DNA from: Octopus bimaculoides
Lineage: Eukaryota
Assembly: GCF_001194135.2 (NCBI RefSeq)
Contig: NC_068984.1
Location: 43,591,067 to 43,655,066 of the forward strand
Length of the DNA: 64,000 nt
Reading direction: 5' to 3'
Shown: piece by piece, positions 12,951-24,280 of the stretch
How positions within the stretch are numbered: position 1 is the first letter of the stretch
Layout: each line of letters opens with the position of its first letter
The notes under the pieces: generated by a model
What the model saw: only the letters and a program-made list of their open reading frames with translations
Databases searched by the model: none
Told to the model about the DNA's origin: nothing
Translations under genes and position numbers: made by a program

Positions 12951-13745
12951 GTATATATATATATATATNNNNNNNNNNNNNNNNNNNNNNNNNNNNNNNN
13001 NNNNNNNNNNNNNNNNNNNNNNNNNNNNNNNNNNNNNNNNNNNNNNNNNNNNNNNNNNNNNNNNNNNNNNNNNNNNNNNNNNNNNNNNNNNNNNNNNNNN
13101 NNNNNNNNNNNNNNNNNNNNNNNNNNNNNNNNNNNNNNNNNNNNNNNNNNNNNNNNNNNNNNNNNNNNNNNNNNNNNNNNNNNNNNNNNNNNNNNNNNNN
13201 NNNNNNNNNNNNNNNNNNNNNNNNNNNNNNNNNNNNNNNNNNNNNNNNNNNNNNNNNNNNNNNNNNNNNNNNNNNNNNNNNNNNNNNNNNNNNNNNNNNN
13301 NNNNNNNNNNNNNNNNNNNNNNNNNNNNNNNNNNNNNNNNNNNNNNNNNNNNNNNNNNNNNNNNNNNNNNNNNNNNNNNNNNNNNNNNNNNNNNNNNNNN
13401 NNNNNNNNNNNNNNNNNNNNNNNNNNNNNNNNNNNNNNNNNNNNNNNNNNNNNNNNNNNNNNNNNNNNNNNNNNNNNNNNNNNNNNNNNNNNNNNNNNNN
13501 NNNNNNNNNNNNNNNNNNNNNNNNNNNNNNNNNNNNNNNNNNNNNNNNNNNNNNNNNNNNNNNNNNNNNNNNNNNNNNNNNNNNNNNNNNNNNNNNNNNN
13601 NNNNNNNNNNNNNNNNNNNNNNNNNNNNNNNNNNNNNNNNNNNNNNNNNNNNNNNNNNNNNNNNNNNNNNNNNNNNNNNNNNNNNNNNNNNNNNNNNNNN
13701 NNNNNNNNNNNNNNNNNNNNNNNNNNNNNNNNNNNNNNNNNNNNN

Positions 13746-13782
<37 letters not shown>

Positions 13783-14244
13783 ACACAGATATATTTATAT
13801 ATTCACATATACGCATATATATATGCATATATATATGTGAATATATGTGCATATGTATTGATTTTGTGTGAATGTATACACACACACGTTTGAATACACA
13901 CACATACATATATATGTATATGTGTGTGTATATACACACATTCATATACACATATATATATACATGCATATATATATGTATATATACACACACACACACA
14001 TATATATGCGTGTATATATATATATATATATGCATATATATATACAGACATATATATATATACATATACACATACATACATATATATNNNNNNNNNNNNN
14101 NNNNNNNNNNNNNNNNNNNNNNNNNNNNNNNNNNNNNNNNNNNNNNNNNNNNNNNNNNNNNNNNNNNNNNNNNNNNNNNNNNNNNNNNNNNNNNNNNNNN
14201 NNNNNNNNNNNNNNNNNNNNNNNNNNNNNNNNNNNNNNNNNNNN

Positions 14245-14292
<48 letters not shown>

Positions 14293-14390
14293 ATACATAT
14301 ATACATACATATACATATATATATATACACACACGCATATATATACATACATTTATATACATATATATGCAAGTGCATATATAAGTGTGT
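12800..14390. repeat. Compound (TA)n/(CA)n/(CATA)n microsatellite field with two N-gaps (12969-13745, 14088-14244)
   Basis: Direct reading. Similar fields at ~3030-3445, 14690-14830, 43870-44220, 57020-57240, 59070-59600. Confidence 0.95.
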
Positions 14391-14446
14391 GTAAATTAGC
14401 TCGAAAGTCTGTGTATAAAATGAGTGGAAATGCATAATTGTGCAGA

Positions 14447-14631
14447 TTAGCGGAATTTACACATGCATGCACCATACCATATGTATAGGAAATCAGATAT
14501 AGATTTGAAAAAACTGCCACAAAGTTCAAATGATGTCGCCACAGCAAACAGCAGAATGATAAACCATTGGAAATAGATGTATAACTCCCACCAATTCAAT
14601 TGTTTTAAGAAAAAATCTTTGGAAAAATAAA
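14447..14631 (-). CDS. Candidate downstream Shaw exon encoding a hydrophobic tail
   Basis: Two AG acceptors (exon starts at 14631 or 14616) are both phase 1 and in the same open frame: (VYFSK)DFFLKQLNWWELYIYFQWFIILLFAVATSFELCGSFFKSISDFLYIWYGACMCKFR*. Unique sequence between microsatellites; internal donor ATG|GTATGG at 14478/14477. Confidence 0.35.
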
Positions 14632-14696
14632 CTGAATGCCCAAATATCATTACGCATATCAAGTTGATAGTACATATATATATGTTTGTATCTATA

Positions 14697-14751
<55 letters not shown>

Positions 14752-15430
14752 GTATATATACATATGTATATATGTATATACACATATGCATGCTATACAT
14801 ATATATGTTTACATTTACACATATATGTATGTATACTTATATGAGAGATATTTTGATGAGCTCCATGCTAATATAATTGAATTAAATCTGAATTGGGGGG
14901 TCTCAAGAGCTCAAGTAAGCTCTTTCATCATTATCAAAATATCGCATAATTATTACAAAATTGTGGGTATATGTTGCGTACAATTTTTAGTAACATTAAC
15001 TTCTTCCTAAAAGTCTGATATTTCAGTGTAATTTAGTATATATCTAATAAACTAACTAAATATATCCTATCAATCTGATTAAATTATTTCCCCTTTGAAG
15101 GTTTTTTTTCTCTTGCTTTGCATATTATTCTGTATTCTATGCTTGTGATAGGAAACTGTCCTATAGTTTGATATATTTTCTAATTTGAAGTTTTCAGTTG
15201 AGGTAGTGAAAACTATTGGAATGTTTCTTTAATCCTATCGATGTATTCAACTTTGTGCTCATATAACTTGAATACTTTTCTATATATGCCTGCCTATCTT
15301 TGGTTTCATATAAATCACTATTTATTAATATTCTATGTGAATGGATTATCCACTATGGGGGGGCTTCTTGTCATATATTTCTCTCAAGTATTTCCATATA
15401 TATTTTTGTTTCATCCACTGGTGAGACTTA

Positions 15431-15480
15431 TTACTGCTTTGTTCCTAAGTGACTATCCGTTAAAGGTATAAAATACTTAC
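15431..15480 (-). CDS. Possible read-through (unspliced) C-terminus [16 protein letters not shown]
   Basis: The frame stays open 16 codons past the donor to TAA; may simply be intron. Confidence 0.3.
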
Positions 15481-16396
15481 CTATTCGTGCCATCTTAGCA
15501 TCCAGCGAACCTGGTGGATGGTTATGTTTTATGGCATTCATTCTTCTATTTGCTGGGCCTACACCTCCTGGGACGCCTGGTCCTTTGGGGCCTTTAGGTC
15601 TTGGTGCTTCCACGGGCAAAACTCTTCTTCGTTTTTTCGGCAGTTTCGATCGGGCCTGTGTGTGTGAATAGAAGAGCGCAAAGTTGCTCACTATGACAGG
15701 TACCGGCAGAGCTATCGTCAACACACCTGCGAGGGCACATAATGCACCCACAAACATACCTACATACGTCTTGGGGGCCATGTCCCCATAGCCTACTGTG
15801 GTCATAGTCACAATAGCCCACCAAAGACCAACTGGGATACTATGAAAGTCATTAGTCGGATTATATTCTATCCTTTCAGCGTAGAATATAAGTGCAGCAA
15901 AAATTACAATACCAAGTACCAAAAAGAAGATTAGAAGGGATAATTCCTTGGCACTTGCTTTGAACGTATGGATGAGAATTTTTAGTCCGGCAGAGTGCCG
16001 AGTCAGTTTGAATAAACGAAGGATACGTATGATGCTGAAAAACTCTAAGATGTCACTCTCTTGCTTGAGTTTTGTGAGCAAAAAGTCTAGGTAAAATGAT
16101 AAAGTGGCCACAATATCAATTATATTAACTGGGGCCTTCAGGAAGTAAAATTTATTTGGAGCAACAATCAGGCGTATAATTATCTCAAATGTGAACCACG
16201 CATTGCAAGCGCATTCGATGTAGAAAAAGGCTTCATGAGGTTGAGTTTTTTGTTTTTCCAAATTCCAAGAGGAGTTACTCTCTAGAGGCAAATTTGTTGC
16301 ATTACGCAAGACTGGAACTCGCATTTCTGGATGCGTCTTAAGGCAGAAGGACAATATTGAAATAACGATGAAGAAAACGGAGACGATGGAGATAAC
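15481..16396 (-). CDS. Shaw: Shaw/Kv3 channel, second coding exon (S1-S6, pore, proximal C-terminus)
   Basis: Acceptor tctcttctctttttcag|GTT at 16397/16396 is in frame with ORF 15431..16354 and gives AK|[24 protein letters not shown]4 [15 protein letters not shown], pore [15 protein letters not shown]6 [11 protein letters not shown], basic [11 protein letters not shown]. Donor ATAG|GTAAGT at 15481/15480, phase 1. Confidence 0.97.
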
Positions 16397-17439
16397 CTGA
16401 AAAAGAGAAGAGATGATACATATGAGAAATTCTTGAAAAGTTCTGAAAAATTCTTGAAAAGATCTGAATGTTGATTAATAAGGAGCAAACAAATAGTCAG
16501 AAAAATATATCGTATTTTGTAAATAGTGTTGAATATTAATATTTTTCTTGGATTTTACTTCTTTTTAGTTTATAACAAAAACAAAATTAAACATTTAAAA
16601 ATATAAAATAAATTAAGTGGCAAACTGAAATTTGAAGTGAGGTTTACTGTTATGTTAAGGCTGTCATTGTCATCATCACTGTCAGCAACACTACCACCAC
16701 CACCATCAACAACAACATTATTTTATGCCTCCTGTTATTCAAATAACATATAGCCTATATTATTACTATTGAGGTGATCATGGTCTGAGCCACTGTTAAC
16801 TGAAACCTACCTTAGATACAACTAAATTATAGTAAACTAGTGTAGAAAGTGTAAAAGAGAAATAGTGTAATAAGTATATTACTAGAACGTCCAGAGTATA
16901 CACATATGCAGAAATCACACACGTACTCATTAGTATATGTGTATCAGTATGGGGGGTTTAATGCAGCTGGTAGGTTGATTGAAAGTTGCTTTACAAACCA
17001 AGGAGTCATCAGTTGTTTGAAAAAGTCTAGTAATTATCTATTATAGTTGCATAAAAGATATACATATATATACTCATATGTCACTATACACATGTACACA
17101 ATGTCTCCCAGGTCTTCAAAATACATATATTGTCTCCTTTAAAGGATCTCATAAATGCATAAATATGTGTGTGTACACACACACACACACACACACCTAA
17201 ATATATACATACATATACATATGCTTGCATATTTTTCAAATATATGAATAGGTAGGTTGATAATTATCCTTTCTGCTATAGGTACAAGGCCTGAAATTTG
17301 GGGCAGGGGACTAGTTGATTACATTGGGGGACTATTTGATTACATGAGGGGACTAGTTGATTACATAAGTGTGTGTGTGCATGTGTGTGTGGGCGTGTGT
17401 GAGAGTAAGAGAGAATGAGGGAGTGTGTGTGTGTTTATG

Positions 17440-17605
17440 TAAGTGAATGTTGTGGTTGATAAGTTTGTTTCCCAAACTCATAGTTTCAGGTTCTGTCCCA
17501 CTCCATGGCGCTTCGGGTTAGTATCTCCTACAGCAGCCCTGTGGCAATCAGGGAGCCTTGTGTGTGGATTTGGTTGATGGGAAGTGAAAGAAGCCTGTTG
17601 TACAT
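17440..17605 (+). mobile_element. SINE family A, 5' part
   Basis: ggttgataagtttgtttcccaaac...ggttctgtcccact...gtggatttggttgatgggaagtgaaagaagcc. Confidence 0.7.
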
Positions 17606-18019
17606 ATGTATCTGTGTATGTATGTGTTTGCAGATGTGTGCATTAGTGTTTCCTTATCTTGACATCATGGTATAGTTGTAAATAAACATTACTGTCATAC
17701 AAACAGTATCCTTCATGTTCAAGCTTTCATGAAAACATGTCTGGCTAGGAGTAAAAATTTCTTTACTTGGGAACAGGTGAGGGTTTGACAAAAGGAAGGG
17801 CATCTGGCTGTAGGAAATCTCCTGCACTGAATTCTGTTTGACCCATGTGACCATAAAACAATAGAAATTTAACCCTTTAACCTTCAGATTTCTTAGTCAA
17901 ATGTATTGCTTATTTATTCACGTTGTTTTGAATTAGTCACACATTATGTTGTAGCTTCAAAGTTTGAAAGGTGTGCTTGTATAATTTTAGAATGACATTG
18001 TAGAATTAATATGCAAGGC

Positions 18020-18478
18020 CAAATCTGGCTGAGCAGCATCCAAGTGTGACCGTTGCCAGGGCTGCTGATTGGCTCTCATGCTGATGGCATGTAAAAAGCA
18101 CCATTCGAGGGTGACTGCTACCAGTGTTGCCTTAGTGGCACTTGTGCCGGTGGCATGTGAAAAACAACATTCGAGCGAGGTCGTTGCCAGTGCCGCAAGA
18201 CTGGCTCCTGTGCAGGTGGCACATAAAAAACACCATTTGAGTGTGGCTGTTGCCAGTACCACCTGACTGGCCCTCATGCCAGTGGCACATAAAAGCACCC
18301 ACTACACTCTCGGAGTGGTTGGCGTTAGGAAGGGCATTCAGCTGTAGAAACTCTGCCAGATCAGATTAGAGCCTGGTGCAGCCATCTGGCTTGCCAGTCC
18401 TCAGTCAAACAATCCAACCCATGCCAGCCTAGAAAGCGGATGTTAAACAATGATGATGATGATGATGATGACGACGAC
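18020..18478 (+). mobile_element. RTE-type 3' UTR/tail with an internal ~66-bp tandem array
   Basis: ...cactacactctcggagtggttggcgttaggaagggcattcagctgtagaaac...ccaacccatgccagc..gaaagcggatgttaaacaatgatgatga; same family as 39590-40285. Confidence 0.8.
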
Positions 18479-18559
18479 AAGTTTAAATGTCAAAGAGTTA
18501 AATGATGATGAGAATATTAAATGACTATAATATAAATAGTTGAGATTTTCATCATTATG

Positions 18560-18712
18560 ATAATCATCATACATTTAACATCTGTTTTCCTTGCTGGCAG
18601 GGGTTGGATGGTTTTACAGGAGCTGGCTAGGCTGAAGACTACACCAGGCTTCACTGACTGACTGTTCTGGCATGGTTTTATGGCTGGATGTCATTTCTAA
18701 CACCAACCACTA
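18560..18712 (-). mobile_element. Diverged RTE-type tail, inverted relative to 18305-18478
   Basis: catcat..tttaacatctgttttcc.tgctggca.gggttggatgg...ggctggatgtcatttctaacaccaaccact. Confidence 0.7.
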
Positions 18713-18817
18713 CAGAACAACATAAAATTGTACATTTACAAGTATGACACAACACAGAAAATGTAAACAGTGCTGTCTATAAGAGAGAAACTTTATGTCT
18801 TTGAATGTAGATTAATA

Positions 18818-18977
18818 GGCGCAGGAGTGGCTGTGTGGTAAGTAGCTAGCTCACCAATGGCATGGTTCTGGGTTCAGTCCCACTGCATGACACTTAGGGC
18901 AAGTGTCTTTTGCTATAGCTTCAGGGCAGCCAAAGCCTTGTGAGTGGATTTGGTAGGTGGAAACTGAAAGAAGCCTC

Positions 18978-19035
<58 letters not shown>

Positions 19036-19249
19036 TTGTGTGTATTTGTGTGTCTGGTTTGCCCACCCAACATCACTTGATGCTGGTGTGTTTACAACCC
19101 CGTAAATTAGTGGTTCAGCAAAAGAGACTGATAGAATAAGCACTAGGCTTACAAAGAATAAGTCCTGGGGTATATTTGTTCACCTAAAGGCAGTGCTCCA
19201 GCATGGCTGCAGTCAAATGACTGAAACAAGTAAAAGAATAAAAGAATAA
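18818..19249 (+). mobile_element. Full-length tRNA-derived SINE, family A, with a central (TG)n
   Basis: ggcgcaggagtggctgtgtggtaagtagc...ggttcagtcccactg (A/B-box-like) ... ctccagcatggctgcagtcaaatgactgaaacaagtaaaagaataaaagaataa. Confidence 0.9.
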
Positions 19250-19562
19250 TACATTGCTGATGGCACCAAATGACTTAAACCATCAAATTAGTACTCATGA
19301 TTGTCTTACTGAAGAAGCTAATAATATGTACCTCTAACTTTCTCACATGAATATTATAAAAGTGCATATTTTAGTAGCCATATAATAAGCCAGCAAAGTG
19401 ATTATCCTCACAATATTTAACAAATCTGATATCACACTGAAATTCCTCAATGTTTATAACTGAAACCATCTCTGACTATAAATATATATAATATAAACCT
19501 ACAGATAACAATAATGCATAATTTTGAGTACCAGTATTTGTGTGTATGTGTATGTGTGTGTG

Positions 19563-19563
<1 letters not shown>

Positions 19564-19598
<35 letters not shown>

Positions 19599-19608
19599 NN
19601 NNNNNNNN

Positions 19609-19644
<36 letters not shown>

Positions 19645-19830
19645 ATTTAATCATTTAACATCCGTTTTCCCTGCTGGTATGGATTGGATGGTTTGATCAG
19701 AGCTGGCAAGCAGGAGAGCTGCACCAGGTTCCAGTCTGACTTCGCTTGGTTTCTATGACTGGGTGCCCTTCCTAATGCCACTTTACAGAGTGTGCTTGGT
19801 GCTTTTTATATTCCACTGGTACAAACAGAC
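19564..19830 (-). mobile_element. RTE-type tail with a long (CAT)n
   Basis: (cat)n tttaacatccgttttccctgctggtatggattggatgg...ggtgcccttcctaatgcca. Confidence 0.75.
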
Positions 19831-19953
19831 AAGACCTATAATGCTTCAAATGTGTTTTGGAGCTTAGCTGTGCAAAATGAAAGTGCTCAGTACCTGCTTC
19901 AATTGCAATAGCTGCTAGTCTGCACACACACATAAACTAACACACATTTACGC

Positions 19954-19993
<40 letters not shown>

Positions 19994-20439
19994 ACACACA
20001 CTATATGATTGTGTATGCATACATTATTGAAATGCTTTAAATATCGAAGAAATTGCTGGAAGATCAGGCATTTGCCAGTCAAGATGGGCAGTTGAAGGTT
20101 TGCAAGTTTATTCCATGAGTTAGGATTATGGAACTCTGGGCAATACAGGGATGAGCAGAAGAAAAGCCATCAGGAACAATATTGGGAGTGGCAAGAAAAT
20201 ATCTATATGGCCTTGTCTCAAAAGAGGTGATCAGTGGGGTCAGAAGAATGCCACTGACACACAGACCTAGGCTTCATCATTCTGGATCAGATTGCATGCA
20301 TGTGAAAGACCTGAAAAGACAAATGACTCCAGGCTACAACACAGATCATATGTCCAAATTCTGCATCTACATATAAATATATATATGTAGGACATCATAG
20401 AATGATAAGATATATTCTAGTTCAGTAATTGCATTACTG

Positions 20440-20595
20440 GCATGGATGTGGCCTAAGAAGTTTGCTTTCGAACCACATGATTCCAAGTTCAGTCCCACAG
20501 CATGACACTTTGAGCAAGTGTCTTCTGCTGTAACTTCAGGCTGAACAAAACTTTATGAGCAGATCTGATCGACAGACCTGAAAGAAGCCTGTTGT
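20440..20595 (+). mobile_element. SINE family A, 5' part
   Basis: ggatgtggcctaagaagtttgctttcgaaccacatgattccaagttcagtccc...aagtgtcttctgc...gaaagaagcc. Confidence 0.75.
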
Positions 20596-20607
20596 ATGTA
20601 TATACAT

Positions 20608-20689
<82 letters not shown>

Positions 20690-21239
20690 GTATCCAAGAG
20701 CACATGCATTTCAAAAGATTAAACGAAAGTACTAACACACGTTAGGGTGGGGGGAAAACTTCTTCCAAACAGGTTAGTGACATTCTGTTAAAAGATTTTA
20801 TAACCTTTTTATTATCTATTATCCAGCCATCTCATTCGAAGTCTGCCACTAATTCTCCTACTGGCTAGTTTGGCTTGAAGAATCTGTTTTGCAACTCTTT
20901 TCTACATGTCTGTATGTAGTACCAGAGCTGTGGGCTCTCAGTGTAGCGAAGTAATGGCTCAGCCAGGAGAGATTCCGAAATCTTTGAGCTATGCACACCA
21001 TTGAGTTATGTTGCTTCAAGGACAATTTGTAAAAATCCTATTTTGGCATCTTGTAATCACAGTTGTACTCTTTCAGTATTTATCCAACATTTATGACCAT
21101 AGATAAGAATAGACACAAAAACTGAATTGAAAATACTGTGTAAATATGAATATTGTAAATATACGACTCAGATATGAAGAATCCCCAAATTATGATCTTA
21201 TTAAAATTTAATATCAAAATTTTCCTCAACAAAAGACAT

Positions 21240-21375
21240 AGAGTTATGGCTGTGTGGTTAAGAAGATCAGTTCCCAATCACATGATTTTGAGTTCTGCCC
21301 CACAATGAGGCACCTAGGTTGACTGAAGCCTTGTAAGTGTACTTGGTAGATGGAAATTGAAAGAAGCCTGTCATA
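21240..21375 (+). mobile_element. SINE family A, 5' part, internally deleted
   Basis: ggctgtgtggttaagaagatcagttcccaatcacatg...ttggtagatggaaattgaaagaagcc. Confidence 0.7.
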
Positions 21376-23027
21376 TGTATATGTATGTGGGTTTGTTTGT
21401 GTCTACACACACACACACACAACATATAAGGACATAGTGTTAAAAAATGCAGTATATTTCAAAGCCAGGTGAAGTGAATCACCTCACCCTGGAAGTGAAG
21501 GAGAATGACAGATATTGATATTTCACAGTTATTTCAGACCATCGGTGCCATATACTGATTCAGCCCTGTGCTGTGTAGTGGGACTGAACCTAAAACCATG
21601 TGATGTGAACTTCTTAATCATGCAACCCTATGATTAATAAAATATGGTAAGTAACATTTTTCTATATTTTTGTCTAAATGTTTATCTTTAAAACATCTTT
21701 TTAGTAAACAATGCAAAACTGCATGCATAATATTTTGCATTTATTCTCTTGAGTGCCACAAATTTAAAATATTTGAGAGATTCGCTATTTTAGATTAATC
21801 TGTAAAATAAAATCTGTCCAAAAACACTTGGAAGCCCTTATAACTATTGAAATTAATCTGAAAGATTACCAAACTGCTGTTATGAAGCTAAACTCTTCTA
21901 GGCATGTGTGTGTATGTGTATGCGTGGTGTCAGAGTATGTGGTGCATGCTTATTGTGGAATTTTTGTGTGCCCATATGTGTACATGTTTGTGTGTGGTGT
22001 GTAGTTAGATTATACTATCAATAAGTGTTTGTGTGCATTGGCCAATGATATTGTTTCATACCATTCTCTCCATAGTGGTATGGATGGAAGGATTTAATTT
22101 TTTTTTGTTTATTTATTTATTGTTTTGAAAATTTCCCCATTTGCAATTTTCTAGAGTAGGTGTTTTTATGGCTGGTTGGATGCATTTTTTATCATTTACT
22201 AACAATAACAATTGAATTAAATGTCAGGTATGGCATCTGCTGCTAGCCTAGTGATGTAGAATAAAGTAAGGATGTTAATCTATGTTATTTATGGTCACAA
22301 AACAATGAAAAATTGTGGTGAGAGTTGAATCCATGAATGTACTGTTTATAATCTAGTGTCAAAGCTGTCGTGAACATAGCAAATGAAAGAATAAATATTG
22401 CAATTTATACTTTCTTCAATTTTGTCTAAGAGAGAGAGATAATCATAAAGTTTTGGTGGCCTCAGAATTCCAAAACCAATTTATATCTTATTGCAATCTT
22501 TTTTACATTATGCATTACTCAACTCATTTGAACTAGTTGATTTAGTGTTAACATATATACTGAAGGGATTATTAAAAGAAATGAAGTAAAAATAGAATTA
22601 TCCTATTATTTCTGAAAGCATGGGAGACAACTCCAGACACATTTTGGTCTTATGAAATCATCTCCACAAAATATAGAGACCTCATTGCAAGTGATGAAAA
22701 AATCACTAAGTAAACTAAAATATTGTACACAGCTAAACGTTCAATCTCAGTTCTTTTTCCTGTATATGAAGTGAATAAGATTGTACATTTGGTAATATTC
22801 TCATAACAAAGTTTGTAATTTATAATGTTCGTATTCCAACATCAAATTTATCTCAAATCTTCTAGTATATACTCTGTTGCATGTAAATAATCATTATTTA
22901 ATTAATCAAATTGCCTATGTATGCATAGCATACAAATTACACAGGCTATTTCAGGTGATTTCCAGATTGTGTTCGATATAAATAGCTATATGCTATAGTT
23001 CCCCTTGCAAACAGAAAGCAAGGATAC

Positions 23028-23074
23028 TTGTCTTCTGATGAACAGCCAATGAGCTGTGAAACATGCCCAGATAA
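23028..23074 (+). ncRNA. Hammerhead-ribozyme-like motif (type I, minimal), probably inactive
   Basis: ttgtctt-CTGATGA-ACAGC caatga GCTGT-GAAAC-atgcc-cagataa. Perfect 5-bp stem II, but GC in place of GU at the cleavage triplet. Confidence 0.55.
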
Positions 23075-23634
23075 TCACAATATTTTTCTATGTACAAAAT
23101 GACTAAAAATGCATTTATAGTCATGTTTATGTAGAATTTAAACTATGAGAATTCCAACATAAAATTTTTCTCACGTACCTAAACTCTGCTTGACAGTACT
23201 TTATCTATTCTCCAATCATTAATATGTATATATTTATATTCATGCAAACATACCACAGATTGTAAAATTTGCTTTAGTCTTATAGTTTTTTAAATCCCAA
23301 CCATTCATTCTTGACATAGTAAGACTATAGATAAACTACTGACTGTTTGAAAATCTGTGATAAATTTCATGTTGGAATAGCTAGAGTTTAAACCATAGGC
23401 TTCAGTGAAAATATAAACAAATGTAGAAAATATGGGCAAGGCAAATATGAAATTTATGGGTCATCATGGAAATGTAAATGAATGTAAATAAATTATTTTT
23501 CTCTCTGAACATAGAAAAATACTGGAATTGTTTTGATGTATTTTCAAATAGGCAAAAGGCCAGATCTAAGGTGGATAGTATCAGCTGATAGACAGACACA
23601 TGTGCGTGTGTGCATTTGTGTATATATAAACATA

Positions 23635-24210
23635 TATTCTTTATTCTTTTACTTGTTTCAGTCATTTGACTCTGGTCATGCTGGAGCACCACCTTTAGTC
23701 AAACAAACCGACCCCAGGACTTATTCTTTGTAAGTCTAACACATATTCTATCGGTCTCTTTTGCTGAACTGCTAATGTTATGGGGATGTCAACACGCCAA
23801 CATCAATTGTCAAGTGGTGGTAGGGGGACAAACACAGACACACAAATACATACAATTATATAAATAAAAAAAACGAAGAACAAACACAAAAAAAACACAA
23901 CATGAGGACGTGGTACATGTAAAGTATTTGCAGATGCTCAGGGAAGGAAAGAAAGATGGTTTAACATTTCCAGCAAATCTCTTCTTCAGAAACAGAGGAA
24001 GGTCCAATAGAAAAGGAAGATGGAGGAAAAAAATCGCCACTGGTTCACATATATATATATGACAGGCTTCTTTCAGTTTCCATCTTTCAAATCTACTAAC
24101 AAGGCTTTGGTCGGTCTGAGGTTATAGTAGAAGACACTTGCCCAAGTTGCCACACAGTGGGACTGAGCCTGGAACCATGTGGTTAGGAAGCAAGCTTCTT
24201 ACCACACAAT
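23635..24210 (-). mobile_element. SINE family A interrupted by a Penelope-like pLTR fragment (~23860-24050)
   Basis: SINE 3' half at 23635-23850 and 5' half at 24060-24210. The insert carries gtttCTGAAGAagagatttgctgGAAAtgttaaac on the minus strand (23993-23959). Confidence 0.75.
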
Positions 24211-24280
24211 ACATCTGTGCCTATATATAAATATATAATACATATCTATATATAAACATATATATGTATATATATATATA

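Noticed and set aside
4186-14437. Long ORFs (170-524 aa) in the track, also at 34944-35372, 44988-45403 and 60243-61249
   Set aside because: They are open only because they span N-gaps and (TA)n/(CA)n repeats.
16427-16467. 21-bp tandem duplication with extra AGs upstream of the exon 2 acceptor
   Set aside because: The best alternative AG (16443) would add 46 nt and frameshift; likely neutral slippage. Similar simple duplications occur at 31575-31634 (30 bp) and 56575-56620 (22 bp).
18060-18300. CRISPR-like regularly spaced repeats
   Set aside because: The whole 66-bp unit is repeated with no unique spacers; it is part of a retroelement UTR in a eukaryote, with no cas genes.
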